Assembly (NCBI GenBank): GCA_026991575.1
Contig: JALXBF010000106.1
Span: forward strand, 1-55,623
Reading direction: 5' to 3'
Source of the DNA: Planctomycetota bacterium
GTDB lineage: Bacteria; Planctomycetota; Planctomycetia; JALXBF01
DNA: 55,623 nt
Translations under genes and position numbers: made by a program
Notes under the pieces: model-generated
The model's database searches: none
The model's input: the letters and a program-made list of their open reading frames with translations, nothing else
What the model was told of the DNA's origin: nothing
Part shown: positions 22,597 through 31,820 of the stretch, one piece after another
Numbering within the stretch: the first letter of the stretch is position 1
Layout: each line of letters starts with the position of its first letter

Positions 22597-24948
22597 TCAG
22601 TCGCCCGAATCGTCGTGCGGCAACGGACCAACCGGGAGCGGGTTCTCGAGCAGGTAGCGGCGCAAGAAGCGAAACGTGCCGACGGCGTTGATGCGGTGTG
22701 GTCCGTCAAAAAACTCGATCTCGGTCCGCTCCGGAATGCCCAACCGGACGTAGAGCCGCCGCACCCGGGCATACTCGTAAGCCACCCACTCGTCCGGTGC
22801 TACCCCGTCACGGTGGCCTCGCTCAACCATGAACGGCCTCGGTGCGATCAGGGCGGCCAACTCGCCATAGTTGAACGTGTTGCCCAGATCGAATTCGAAC
22901 ATCTCGTACTCGATGGTAAACACGTAGCTGTACCGGTCCGTGTATGACGTGTTCTTCCAGATCCATTCGTTGAAGTCTGCGGAGCAAATCGACAGGCAGT
23001 ATTCGTCCTTCAGGATTGCCGGCACACGCATGGCGGTCTTGCCGCCGTAGGACAGCCCGTAGAACGCAATCCGGCTCGGATCGACAAACGGCAACGTTCG
23101 CAGCCACTGGATCGTGCGGCGGTGCTGCTCGACGATGAACGAGAACAGGCTCAGACCGAGCGGATTGGCACGACGGTTGATCACACGGAAGCGGTCCCGG
23201 CCAATGTAGGGATTCTGCGGCGCGTACACCACATAGCCCTGCTCGGCCAACCGAGCCGCGAACGCCTGGTACGCGCCGAAACCGGGACCAGACCGCGTGA
23301 TCGTGTCCTCGGGCCGCCCTTCTAGACCGTGCTGACACACGACGACCGGTCGGCGGCCCGAGACGTTGCGGGGCACCAGAAGGATGCCGTACGCGAACAC
23401 GTCGGGCGGGTACACGTCAAGCATCACCTCGTAGCCGATCCAGCCGGGCTCCTCCCGCCACTTGCGGGTCCACACGCCGTACTGCGGCGCCATCTCGGGC
23501 AGCTTTCCGATCACCTCTCGGTGCAGGTAGTCGCGGTACCACTGAGTGGTTTGCAACCACTTCTCCAAGCTGCTATGGTCCGCTTTGCGCCAGAACCGCT
23601 CGCGCTGCTTCTGGCTTTGCCACCATGCCCAGTGCGTGTGGTCAATCATCTCCTGCAGCTGTCGTTGTTGCCGGTCTGCGGGGTCGGGGAGCGTGCCGAA
23701 CAGGCGCCATTCGGGCATGTGGGCGTCACGCAGCGCCACGCCCAGCGAGTTCGCGAACCGCTCCAGGGCCGCTTGGGAGCCGGGCGTTGGGGGATCAGGC
23801 TGGACCAGCTCGACGAACTCTGCTGCCAGGCCGGCTGCGCGTGCAAGCTTGCGTGCGAAGTCGACTTCGGACCGGACTGCCTCGATCGGGGGCGTGCGAA
23901 TCGCGCCGGGCGCGGCGCCGGCTCTGCCGTCCCGCGGCCTGGGCGGACCGTCGACTGCCGGATGCGCGGCCGCCTCTACGACGACAGGCCTTGGCGCGAT
24001 CAGAGACAACACCTCCGCGTCGCCGAAGTCGCGCACCAGCGTCCAGACGTTGCGGTAGATGGGCTGAGCCCAAAGCGTCTCGCGCGGCCCGACGTAGCCG
24101 CTGACCAGCGCCGCATCGATCCGCTCGTCGACGGCGGCCGCGTAGAGCGTCAGCAGCCCCCCTTCCCCGTAGCCCGCCACGGCTATCGGCAGTCGGTCAG
24201 CATCGCCGCTCTGCTCAAGCCAGTCGATCAGGGCAAGCACCTTGAGCAGCTCGTAGCCGATGACGTGACGCCCAAGTTCGTAGGCACCGCGGTAGACGAA
24301 TTCACGATGCGGCTGGTTGGTGAAGCGGACGGCAGGGTTTCCCGAGAAGCGATCGTCGCGACTAATCAAGCACGGCACAAAGACCCGGCAGCCTGAGGCC
24401 AGTAGCGGTAGCACAAACCGGCTTCTTTCCGATCCGCCCGCTGCCAGCCCGGCCGCTTGCTCCGGTAACCAGTCCGCATCAGGCAAGAAGATGACGTTTG
24501 CCCGGACCGTGCCCAGCGGCTCCAACCACAGCCCCTCACCGTGGACCCGCCCGAACGCTCTCCAGCGGATCCGGTATGCCTGGCCAAACCTGCCGGCCGC
24601 GATCGCCTGCGGCTCGCCCGGAATGCTGAGCACTTCGACTGCCGGCCGGTCAACGCGGTCGTCGCGGACACCGAGGATGCGCGCTAGCCGCCGGCGCGCC
24701 GCCCGCCGAAACACGTCCCTCCGGTCACCGGCCATGGACCGCAGCCAGCGGTTCCGACGCTCCGACCGGACGCGCTTCGTGTGCTGCTCCAGCCACCGGT
24801 TGATGCCGTCAACCATAGCAGCAGCGGGGTCGTCCTTCAGCTCGAGGGCCCTGGTGCCGGGCAAGCGGTCAGGCGGTTCCGCCTCGGCAATCAGCGCACG
24901 GGGGCAAACGACAACAAGACACAGGGCAACAACAACCTTGCGGGCCAT
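22597..24948 (-). CDS. Secreted tandem alpha/beta-hydrolase (dienelactone hydrolase/esterase-like)
   Basis: Signal peptide from ATG 24948 (GAGG RBS). Two hydrolase domains: the first has GYGEGG, the second has VVCQHG, GLSYGG and the FDGPH catalytic His region. Confidence 0.78.
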   Translation of the reverse strand: MARKVVVALCLVVVCPRALIAEAEPPDRLPGTRALELKDDPAAAMVDGINRWLEQHTKRVRSERRNRWLRSMAGDRRDVFRRAARRRLARILGVRDDRVDRPAVEVLSIPGEPQAIAAGRFGQAYRIRWRAFGRVHGEGLWLEPLGTVRANVIFLPDADWLPEQAAGLAAGGSERSRFVLPLLASGCRVFVPCLISRDDRFSGNPAVRFTNQPHREFVYRGAYELGRHVIGYELLKVLALIDWLEQSGDADRLPIAVAGYGEGGLLTLYAAAVDERIDAALVSGYVGPRETLWAQPIYRNVWTLVRDFGDAEVLSLIAPRPVVVEAAAHPAVDGPPRPRDGRAGAAPGAIRTPPIEAVRSEVDFARKLARAAGLAAEFVELVQPDPPTPGSQAALERFANSLGVALRDAHMPEWRLFGTLPDPADRQQRQLQEMIDHTHWAWWQSQKQRERFWRKADHSSLEKWLQTTQWYRDYLHREVIGKLPEMAPQYGVWTRKWREEPGWIGYEVMLDVYPPDVFAYGILLVPRNVSGRRPVVVCQHGLEGRPEDTITRSGPGFGAYQAFAARLAEQGYVVYAPQNPYIGRDRFRVINRRANPLGLSLFSFIVEQHRRTIQWLRTLPFVDPSRIAFYGLSYGGKTAMRVPAILKDEYCLSICSADFNEWIWKNTSYTDRYSYVFTIEYEMFEFDLGNTFNYGELAALIAPRPFMVERGHRDGVAPDEWVAYEYARVRRLYVRLGIPERTEIEFFDGPHRINAVGTFRFLRRYLLENPLPVGPLPHDDSGD

Positions 24949-24959
24949 CGCTACCTCAG

Positions 24960-25682
24960 CTACAGTTCTTTCGCGATGCTGGCCAGCAGCACCAGTCCGT
25001 TGTAGGCGGCGTGCACAATGATGGCAGCAACCAACCACCGAAATGCTCGCCCCGGCTCCGGTCGGCGACCTTCTTGCCAGGCGCGGTGCCATTCGGAGGC
25101 AAGTCCCCAGCCGGTCAGCGCAGTGGCTGCCAGGTGGACAGACGTACAGACGATCCAGCGGTACAGGACCAGCATCCGCGTGGGGCTGGCCGCCGCACCG
25201 AGGTAGACCAGGTTCTCGATCGCGGCAAACGATAAAGCGCTGGCCAACGCGCAGAAGAGCACCTCGGCCCGGTTGCGAAACAGATACGGTTTCGCCTCAA
25301 CTGCCAGCGCCACCAGTAGCGTCTTGGCGATCTCTTCGATGGTCGGTGCCAGGAAAACGACGCCAACCGCGCCGATCGCCAGCCACTGGCCCTTGCTGAT
25401 CGTTTCGATGATTACTGTAACCACGGCGACCGGGCCCGCAACCACTGAAATGAACAGCAGACTGGCCAGACGAGCCACCCCAGGCAGCCGCTCGGCCCGA
25501 GCCTGCCACCAGTGACGAAAGCTCTGCGGTCGCTGCTCCGGCGACAGATGTGCACCCAGCGTGGGCTCGTCCCACACGGCGAACAATTGAGCCTCCTCGC
25601 GGTCACCGTCACGTTCGGTCCTGGGACGCATGTGAGGTTCGTCGAAGACCGAATTGCCCGGTTCCCGTCCGCGGCCAGCCAC
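24960..25682 (-). CDS. PrsW-family glutamic-type intramembrane protease
   Basis: APTIEEIAK, FAAIENL, VHLAAT and IIVHAAYN motifs with multiple TM helices; GTG at 25682 directly after the upstream stop. Confidence 0.85.
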   Translation of the reverse strand: MAGRGREPGNSVFDEPHMRPRTERDGDREEAQLFAVWDEPTLGAHLSPEQRPQSFRHWWQARAERLPGVARLASLLFISVVAGPVAVVTVIIETISKGQWLAIGAVGVVFLAPTIEEIAKTLLVALAVEAKPYLFRNRAEVLFCALASALSFAAIENLVYLGAAASPTRMLVLYRWIVCTSVHLAATALTGWGLASEWHRAWQEGRRPEPGRAFRWLVAAIIVHAAYNGLVLLASIAKEL

Positions 25683-25684
25683 GT

Positions 25685-26179
25685 TCAGTTCCCCCCCTGC
25701 TGCGGGACAACCTGGTAGGCAGTGCCGTAGACGTAGACTTCGCTCATGATCGTGCCCGGGCGGCCGAACGCCTGGCCAAGATCGGACATTTCGATGCGGA
25801 TGTTCGTGATGGCGTTGTAGCCTCGGCGACGTGCCTCCTCCACCATGCGCTCCAACGCCAGGTAGTACGCCCACTGGCTCAGGTGGCGTAGGAAACCGAG
25901 CTCGCCACCGAAGAGCCGCCGCAAGTACGTCAGTCGCCTTACCACCGGGTTGGCAGTCACGACTGCCTGGCCGATGACAAGCGCCGGCGGCAAAGATGGC
26001 CGGTCGACGGCACCAGGAAACCCCTTGCTGTTGGTGAGCACCATGTCTTGGGTGAGTGTCGCGAGCCGCTCGACCGTCCGCCGGACACCACGTCGCGGCT
26101 GCGTCAGGTAGACGATGGTCAGCACGATACCTGCGAAGGCAAGCAGACCTAACACCAGCAGGACGATGGATACTCCCAT
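25685..26179 (-). CDS. YbjQ/UPF0145 heavy-metal-binding-domain protein with N-terminal TM helix
   Basis: LRRLFGGEL...ALERMVEEARRRGYNAITNIRIE...EVYVYGTA; TM segment at the N-terminus. Confidence 0.8.
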   Translation of the reverse strand: MGVSIVLLVLGLLAFAGIVLTIVYLTQPRRGVRRTVERLATLTQDMVLTNSKGFPGAVDRPSLPPALVIGQAVVTANPVVRRLTYLRRLFGGELGFLRHLSQWAYYLALERMVEEARRRGYNAITNIRIEMSDLGQAFGRPGTIMSEVYVYGTAYQVVPQQGGN

Positions 26180-26189
26180 GGCAGTCCCC

Positions 26190-26549
26190 TCATGCCGTAG
26201 GTTCAGCCTCGCCAGTCTCCTCAGCTGCTCCTTCTGGCTCCACCAGCACGGCCGTGCCGTACGCGTACAGTTCGGCAGCACCGGCTGCCACGCTGCTGGT
26301 GCTGAACCGGACGTTGACGATGGCATTGGCCCCGAGCTGTTCCGCCTGAGCCATCATCCGCTCGACGGCCTGCCGCCGGGCTTCCGTGAGCAGTTCCGTG
26401 TACGACTTGATTTCACCGCCGACGACATTCTTCAAGCCGGCTAGGATATCTTTCCCCAGGTGCTTTGCTCGAACCGTGTTTCCTTGTACCAATCCCAAGA
26501 CCCGACTGATGCGATATCCGGGAACCGTCTCGGTATTGACAACAAGCAT
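26190..26549 (-). CDS. YbjQ/UPF0145 family protein
   Basis: GLVQGNTVRAKHLGKDILAGLKNVVGGEIKSYTELLTEAR...GANAIVNVRF...ELYAYGTAV; GGAGGAG RBS. Confidence 0.92.
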   Translation of the reverse strand: MLVVNTETVPGYRISRVLGLVQGNTVRAKHLGKDILAGLKNVVGGEIKSYTELLTEARRQAVERMMAQAEQLGANAIVNVRFSTSSVAAGAAELYAYGTAVLVEPEGAAEETGEAEPTA

Positions 26550-26991
26550 GGCTCCTCCCCCACATGGGACGTTGCCAACCTGATCCGTGAAGAGTGTATC
26601 GAATTTGCCCGGGGGATGTGCAGGGGCAGGTCGGCCGACGTAGCGTGGGCCGTTCTGGGAGGACGATACGCTGGAGGCGATCCAGCACTCCGCGCGGCCA
26701 TGTCCGTGGCTGGATGGAAAGCTCTTGGAGTCCACGCCCGAGCTGAACGCCCTGCGGCACAGCGGGCATTCAGCGTCTGCGGGCATCCCTGCTCCTTCGC
26801 CCACTCGCTTCCCGCGACCATCCGCTCGGCGCTTGTGGGCCACGACGCGGCAGTGTGGGGTGAGGGGGGCGCTGCTAACGGGCCCGCCGGGGCAGCGTGC
26901 GGAAGTCGGCCGCTTCCTGTGCGACCGCGCTGGCCGAGCGTGCTCCGGCGCTGGTCGCTCGCGGGGCCGCCTTCCGGCCGACAGAGCAAGG

Positions 26992-27525
26992 TCAGCCCGC
27001 CGCAGGCTCCTGTTGCTCGCCCGTCAACGGCCGGTCGCGCACCGGCCTCACCACCACCGTGATCCCTTCAACGCGGACCACGCGAACCGGTGTACCCGGT
27101 TCCACCATGATGCCTTCGGTGACCGTGTCCAGCCGTAGGCCGTCCAGCTCAACGATGCCGGCGGGCCGGAGCGGTGTAACGGCTACCCCGATGCGTCCAA
27201 CCAGGTTCTTCAGCCGCTCCTCACGCTCGTCCATCGCACTGGGTATCTCTTCCGGCTTGGGCGCCTCCAGAAAGAACCGTCGGCCCAGTCGCGTTCGCCC
27301 CCAAAGCTTCAGGCCGAACGTGATGACGAAGGGCAACCCGAGGAGAATGATTGCCAGGATGGCCAGTCCAAAAGTGAAGCTCTGGCGAAAGGCCATGACG
27401 ACGGCGGCGACCAGCGCAGTCGTTGCCAGCACGCTGATGATCCCCCCGGAGGGCAAGAACAGCTCGGCGAGCACCAGCAGCATTCCGACCACCAGCAGCC
27501 CAACCGTCCAGAAGGTTGCCGACAT
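26992..27525 (-). CDS. Short NfeD-like membrane protein (C-terminal OB-fold)
   Basis: Three TM helices (AELFLPSGGI), then LVGRIGVAVTPLRPAGIVELDG.RLD...G.PVRVVRVEG..VVVR. Confidence 0.85.
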   Translation of the reverse strand: MSATFWTVGLLVVGMLLVLAELFLPSGGIISVLATTALVAAVVMAFRQSFTFGLAILAIILLGLPFVITFGLKLWGRTRLGRRFFLEAPKPEEIPSAMDEREERLKNLVGRIGVAVTPLRPAGIVELDGLRLDTVTEGIMVEPGTPVRVVRVEGITVVVRPVRDRPLTGEQQEPAAG

Positions 27526-27745
27526 CGCCACGGCCTCTCTCGCACGTCGCTTCAGGCGGACTCGTCGCCGGGCAGGACGGGCGGCGTACCGCAGACGGAC
27601 ATTCACTCAATACTAGCTCAGTAGCATCCGCCCACTGTTCGGCGATCTGCAAACACCGTTCCATAGCCATCGCGCGGAGCATAAACTTGTCCGTGTTCAA
27701 CACCGCACGGCAACCCGGCCGGATACGCGCGACGGAGTCAGCCGC

Positions 27746-29227
27746 ATGGTCCATTCGTCACGACCGCTGTACGGAGCGTCGCTGGCACTTTTGACGGACC
27801 TCTACGAGCTAACCATGGCCTACGGCTACTGGAAAGCCGGCATGGCCGACTGGTGGGCAACGTTTCATGTAACGTTCCGCAAGAACCCGTTTCACGGCAG
27901 CTACGCCGTAGCCTGCGGCCTGCACTCGGTCATCGACTTCGTCGAAAGCCTGCACTTCAGCGAGGACGATCTCGAGTATCTCGCCTCGTTGCGCGGCCAC
28001 GACGGCACGCCGCTCTTCGACGACGACGGATTTCTCGACTATCTCAGCCGACTCACGTTCCAGGGCGACCTTGACGCAGTCCCTGAAGGTACCGTCATCT
28101 GTGCCAACGAACCGCTGGTTCGGGTCTGCGCCCCGCTGCCTCAGGCTCAGATCCTGGAAACCGCTTTGCTGACCCTGCTGAACTTCCAGACCCTGATTGC
28201 CACCAAAGCCGCCCGCGTCTCGCTGGCCGCCGACGGCGACCCGGTCCTGGAGTTCGGCTTACGCCGTGCGCAGGGAATCGACGGCGGCGTCAGCGAAGCA
28301 CGGGCAGCGTATGTGGGCGGCTGCTTCGGTACGTCGAACGTGCTGGCCGGCAAGCTCTTCGGAATCCCGGTACGTGGCACTGTGGCCCATAGCTGGATCA
28401 TGGCGTTCGACGACGAACTGGAGGCATTCCGGCGCTATGCAGAGGCGATGCCTAACAACGTCATCCTCCTGGTCGACACCTACGACACACTGACCGGCGT
28501 TCGGCATGCGATCGAGATCGGGCGACAGCTCCGTGCACGCGGCCAGCGTCTCATCGGCATCCGACTCGATTCGGGCGACCTGGCCGAGCTGAGCAAACAG
28601 GCCCGACGTATGCTGGACGAAGCCGGCTTGACCGACGTAGCCATCGTGGCTAGCAGCGAGTTGGACGAGTACGCCATCGCTGAGCTCAAGCGCAAGGGAG
28701 CCCCGATCCAGATCTGGGGCGTCGGCACCAAGCTAGCGGTGGCATACGATCAGCCGGCTCTCGGTGGCGTCTACAAGCTTGCGGCGGTGCGGCGACCAGG
28801 AGGCCAGTGGGAACCGCGGATCAAGTTGAGCGAAGAGCCGATCAAGATCTCGCATCCGGGACGCATACAGGTACGCCGCTATGCCCGCGACGGTCGCTGG
28901 GCTGTCGATGTCCTCTACGACGTCTCCGAACCGGAACCGTCCCGGCCCGTCGTCGACTTCTACCATCCTGGGCGCACGATCGATCTAGCCGGCCTACAGG
29001 ACTGCGGCGAGCTGCTGGTACCAGTCTTTCGCGGCGGCAAGCTGGTCTATGAGCGGCCGGCGTTGCCGGAAATCCAGCAACGGTGTCGGGAGCAGCTCCG
29101 GCGCCTGCCGGAGGCGGTACGACGGTTCGCCGCGCCGGAGCCTTACCCGCTGGGCGTTTCGGCTCGGATGCAACGCACGAAAGAGGAATGCATCCGGCGG
29201 GCTCGCGCACGGCTGAGGCAGCCATAG
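27746..29227 (+). CDS. pncB: Nicotinate phosphoribosyltransferase
   Basis: LLTDLYELTM, EFGLRRAQG, GTSNV, GT.AHSW, LVDTYD, IRLDSGDL and LGGVYKL. Confidence 0.95.
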   Translation: MVHSSRPLYGASLALLTDLYELTMAYGYWKAGMADWWATFHVTFRKNPFHGSYAVACGLHSVIDFVESLHFSEDDLEYLASLRGHDGTPLFDDDGFLDYLSRLTFQGDLDAVPEGTVICANEPLVRVCAPLPQAQILETALLTLLNFQTLIATKAARVSLAADGDPVLEFGLRRAQGIDGGVSEARAAYVGGCFGTSNVLAGKLFGIPVRGTVAHSWIMAFDDELEAFRRYAEAMPNNVILLVDTYDTLTGVRHAIEIGRQLRARGQRLIGIRLDSGDLAELSKQARRMLDEAGLTDVAIVASSELDEYAIAELKRKGAPIQIWGVGTKLAVAYDQPALGGVYKLAAVRRPGGQWEPRIKLSEEPIKISHPGRIQVRRYARDGRWAVDVLYDVSEPEPSRPVVDFYHPGRTIDLAGLQDCGELLVPVFRGGKLVYERPALPEIQQRCREQLRRLPEAVRRFAAPEPYPLGVSARMQRTKEECIRRARARLRQP

Positions 29228-29602
29228 CCACGACGAACACAGAGCAGGCGGACCAGCGAATGCTCCCGCCGCAGGCTATCGCACGGTGGCGCGCTGCCGT
29301 GATACTCCGCATCCGCGTAAGTCGTGCGATCGGAGCAGCATAGGCATGCTCGTCCGCGACAACGCAACGCCTCCGTTCTCAAGCACGGAAAAACCACCGG
29401 ATCGAAGCGATCAGGCGTACGTCCGTGACGCCCAGCGCGCAGACGCGGCCCCCCGGGCAGGGCATGCCACCCCGCTGCGGGAACACTACCCGGTCACGCG
29501 GGCACATGTTAACATACGTAAGAGTTCCGCTGGTTCGGTGCGGCCCGCCGAGCAACCAACCAGGGCAATCCCTCCGTCGCACAGCCCCAGAGGTACTGTG
29601 TC

Positions 29603-30550
29603 ATGGTCGTCGGAACACGCCTTCTCACGCTGCTGACCTGCCTGATACTGGTCTCGTCCATCACTGCTCGGGGCCAAGAGAAGAAACAGGCCGACAAGCC
29701 AAAGGAGCAGGCCAAACCGGCTCAGAAGGACAAGCAGGCGTCTAAGCCGAAGAGTATCTTCAAGGACAAGAATCTCGAAGCAGCCGTACGGCGGTACGTG
29801 TTCGAGAAACGCTTCAGTGACGCGCCGATCACGGCCGAGGACGTAAAGCACATTTCCTCCATCATCGCACGCAACAAGGGCATCAAGGACCTGTCGGGCC
29901 TGGAGCACTGCGTAAACCTGGCCGAACTGGACCTGGCCGGCAACGAGATCACGGACCTGACGCCGATCCAGAACCTGGACCTCATCCAGCTCCTGGACAT
30001 CTCACGCAACAAGGTCAAGGATCTCAGGCCTTTGGCCAAGTTGAAGAATCTCCAGTATCTCAACGCAGAGTACAACCAGATTGAAGACATCTCGGTCATC
30101 AAAGAGTTACCGAACCTGAACTCGCTGTACCTGTCGTACAACAAGATCAAAGACATTCGACCTGTGGCCGGGGCGAAGAAGCTGTGGAGCCTGTACTTGC
30201 GAGGCAACCTGATCCAGGACATCATCCCGCTGAAGGATCTGGTTTACCTGGCCAATCTCGACCTGGCTGAGAACCGCATTGAGGATATTCGTGCGCTGGA
30301 AGGCATGCGTGAACTCCGCTTTCTGTTCCTGGAACACAACCGCATCAAGGACCTGTCGCCGCTGGTGAAGGCCATGCAACGGGATGTGTCCGGCCCGCGG
30401 GTCATGGCACCGTTTCTGAAGCTATTCGTCTACGGCAACCCCCTGTCCGACGAAGCGAAGAAACAGATCGAGACGCTGCGTAAGCTGGGTGTCCGTGTTT
30501 ATGATGAGCCGCTCAAGAAAGGGAACCAGAACGGGAAGGACAAGAAGTAG
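29603..30550 (+). CDS. Secreted leucine-rich repeat (internalin-like) protein
   Basis: Signal peptide, FKDKNLEAAVR cap, and about eight 22-aa LxxLxxLxLxxNxIxDI repeats. Confidence 0.9.
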   Translation: MVVGTRLLTLLTCLILVSSITARGQEKKQADKPKEQAKPAQKDKQASKPKSIFKDKNLEAAVRRYVFEKRFSDAPITAEDVKHISSIIARNKGIKDLSGLEHCVNLAELDLAGNEITDLTPIQNLDLIQLLDISRNKVKDLRPLAKLKNLQYLNAEYNQIEDISVIKELPNLNSLYLSYNKIKDIRPVAGAKKLWSLYLRGNLIQDIIPLKDLVYLANLDLAENRIEDIRALEGMRELRFLFLEHNRIKDLSPLVKAMQRDVSGPRVMAPFLKLFVYGNPLSDEAKKQIETLRKLGVRVYDEPLKKGNQNGKDKK

Positions 30551-30591
30551 CATGCCGTCGCCGGCGGCGGCCAGGACAGTGGGAAGTAGCG

Positions 30592-31626
30592 ATGGCCACA
30601 GGATCCGTCACGCCCCCGTTCTACGTGGGTATCGATCTCGGCGGCACCTTGATCAAAGCCGGTGTTGTGGATGACGCCGGCAAGCCGCTACTGGAGGAGC
30701 CGGTCGCAGTGCTTACGGAGGCTGACCGGGGCGCGGAGATCAGCCTGGAGAACATGGCCAGGGCTGCCGAGCAGGCGGTGGCGCGCGCTGGTGTCCGCTG
30801 GGACGATGTTGCCGCCGTCGGACTGGGGTCGCCGGGCACCATGGACATTCCCGCCGGGAAGCTGCTGGAGCCGGTGAACCTGCGCGGCCCTGGTTGGCAG
30901 AACTTTCCGATTCGGGATCGGTTGGCCCAGCGGCTCGGCAAGCCGGTGGCGTTTCAGAATGATGCCAACGCGGCCGCTTACGGCGAGTATTGGGCGGGTG
31001 TCGGTCGGGGTGTGCACAGCCTGGTGCTGTTCACGCTGGGTACCGGCATCGGCTGTGGCATCGTCATCGATGACCAGATTGTCGAGGGGCGTCACAGCCA
31101 CGGGGCCGAGTGTGGCCATGTGGTCATCTGCATGCGTCAGGAGGGCCATCCGCTGCCTCGCCAGTGTGGCTGCGGGCGATACGGCTGCCTGGAGGCGTAC
31201 GCGTCGGCCACGGCGCTGGAGAAACGGGCAGCGGAAGGGCTGGCAGCCGGAGCCGACACGCGCCTGAGGGAGTTCTGGGAGGCGACCCCCGCGGAGGATC
31301 GAGCCCGACTCATCGACCAACTCAGCAAGGAGGGCGACGCCTTTTGCCGCAAGCTTATGCGTGAGACGGCGTATTACCTGGCCGTCGGTGCCACCAACCT
31401 GATGCACACGATCGACCCGGACATGGTCGTCTTCGCCGGCGGCATGACGCGCTCGGGCGAGCAGTTCCTAGAGTGGATCCGCGAGGACATCCGCCGGCTG
31501 GCCTTCCCCACCCCGGCCGAAAAGACTAAGGTACTCTACGGCGTGCTGGGCAACTCGGCTGGTTTCGTCGGTGCGGCCGGGTGGGCACGTCGTCAGCACC
31601 GGCGTGGACTGCTAACAGGCTGCTAG
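30592..31626 (+). CDS. ROK family sugar kinase (glucokinase-like)
   Basis: GIDLGGT, NDANAAAYGE, TLGTGIG, AECGH and CGCGRYGCLEAYAS. Confidence 0.9.
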   Translation: MATGSVTPPFYVGIDLGGTLIKAGVVDDAGKPLLEEPVAVLTEADRGAEISLENMARAAEQAVARAGVRWDDVAAVGLGSPGTMDIPAGKLLEPVNLRGPGWQNFPIRDRLAQRLGKPVAFQNDANAAAYGEYWAGVGRGVHSLVLFTLGTGIGCGIVIDDQIVEGRHSHGAECGHVVICMRQEGHPLPRQCGCGRYGCLEAYASATALEKRAAEGLAAGADTRLREFWEATPAEDRARLIDQLSKEGDAFCRKLMRETAYYLAVGATNLMHTIDPDMVVFAGGMTRSGEQFLEWIREDIRRLAFPTPAEKTKVLYGVLGNSAGFVGAAGWARRQHRRGLLTGC

Positions 31627-31820
31627 GCCGCTGCCTCGATGGGCAGCCGACGCAGCCGCCTGGTCATCCGGACACGCCGTCTCGATTAGCGACGGCTGTC
31701 TACCGGCTCCATCCGTACGCGCAGGGCGCTGCGTCCCGGCACTGGGACGGGACCGGTTACCGGGCCGTCTAGAATGAGCAGAGGGTAGGCAGCCGAGGTG
31801 TTCTCCTTCTTCGAGCAACA

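Noticed and set aside
26460..27062. Plus-strand 200-aa ORF in the ybjQ-nfeD gap
   Set aside because: It overlaps both neighbours antisense, and has no RBS or recognisable domain.
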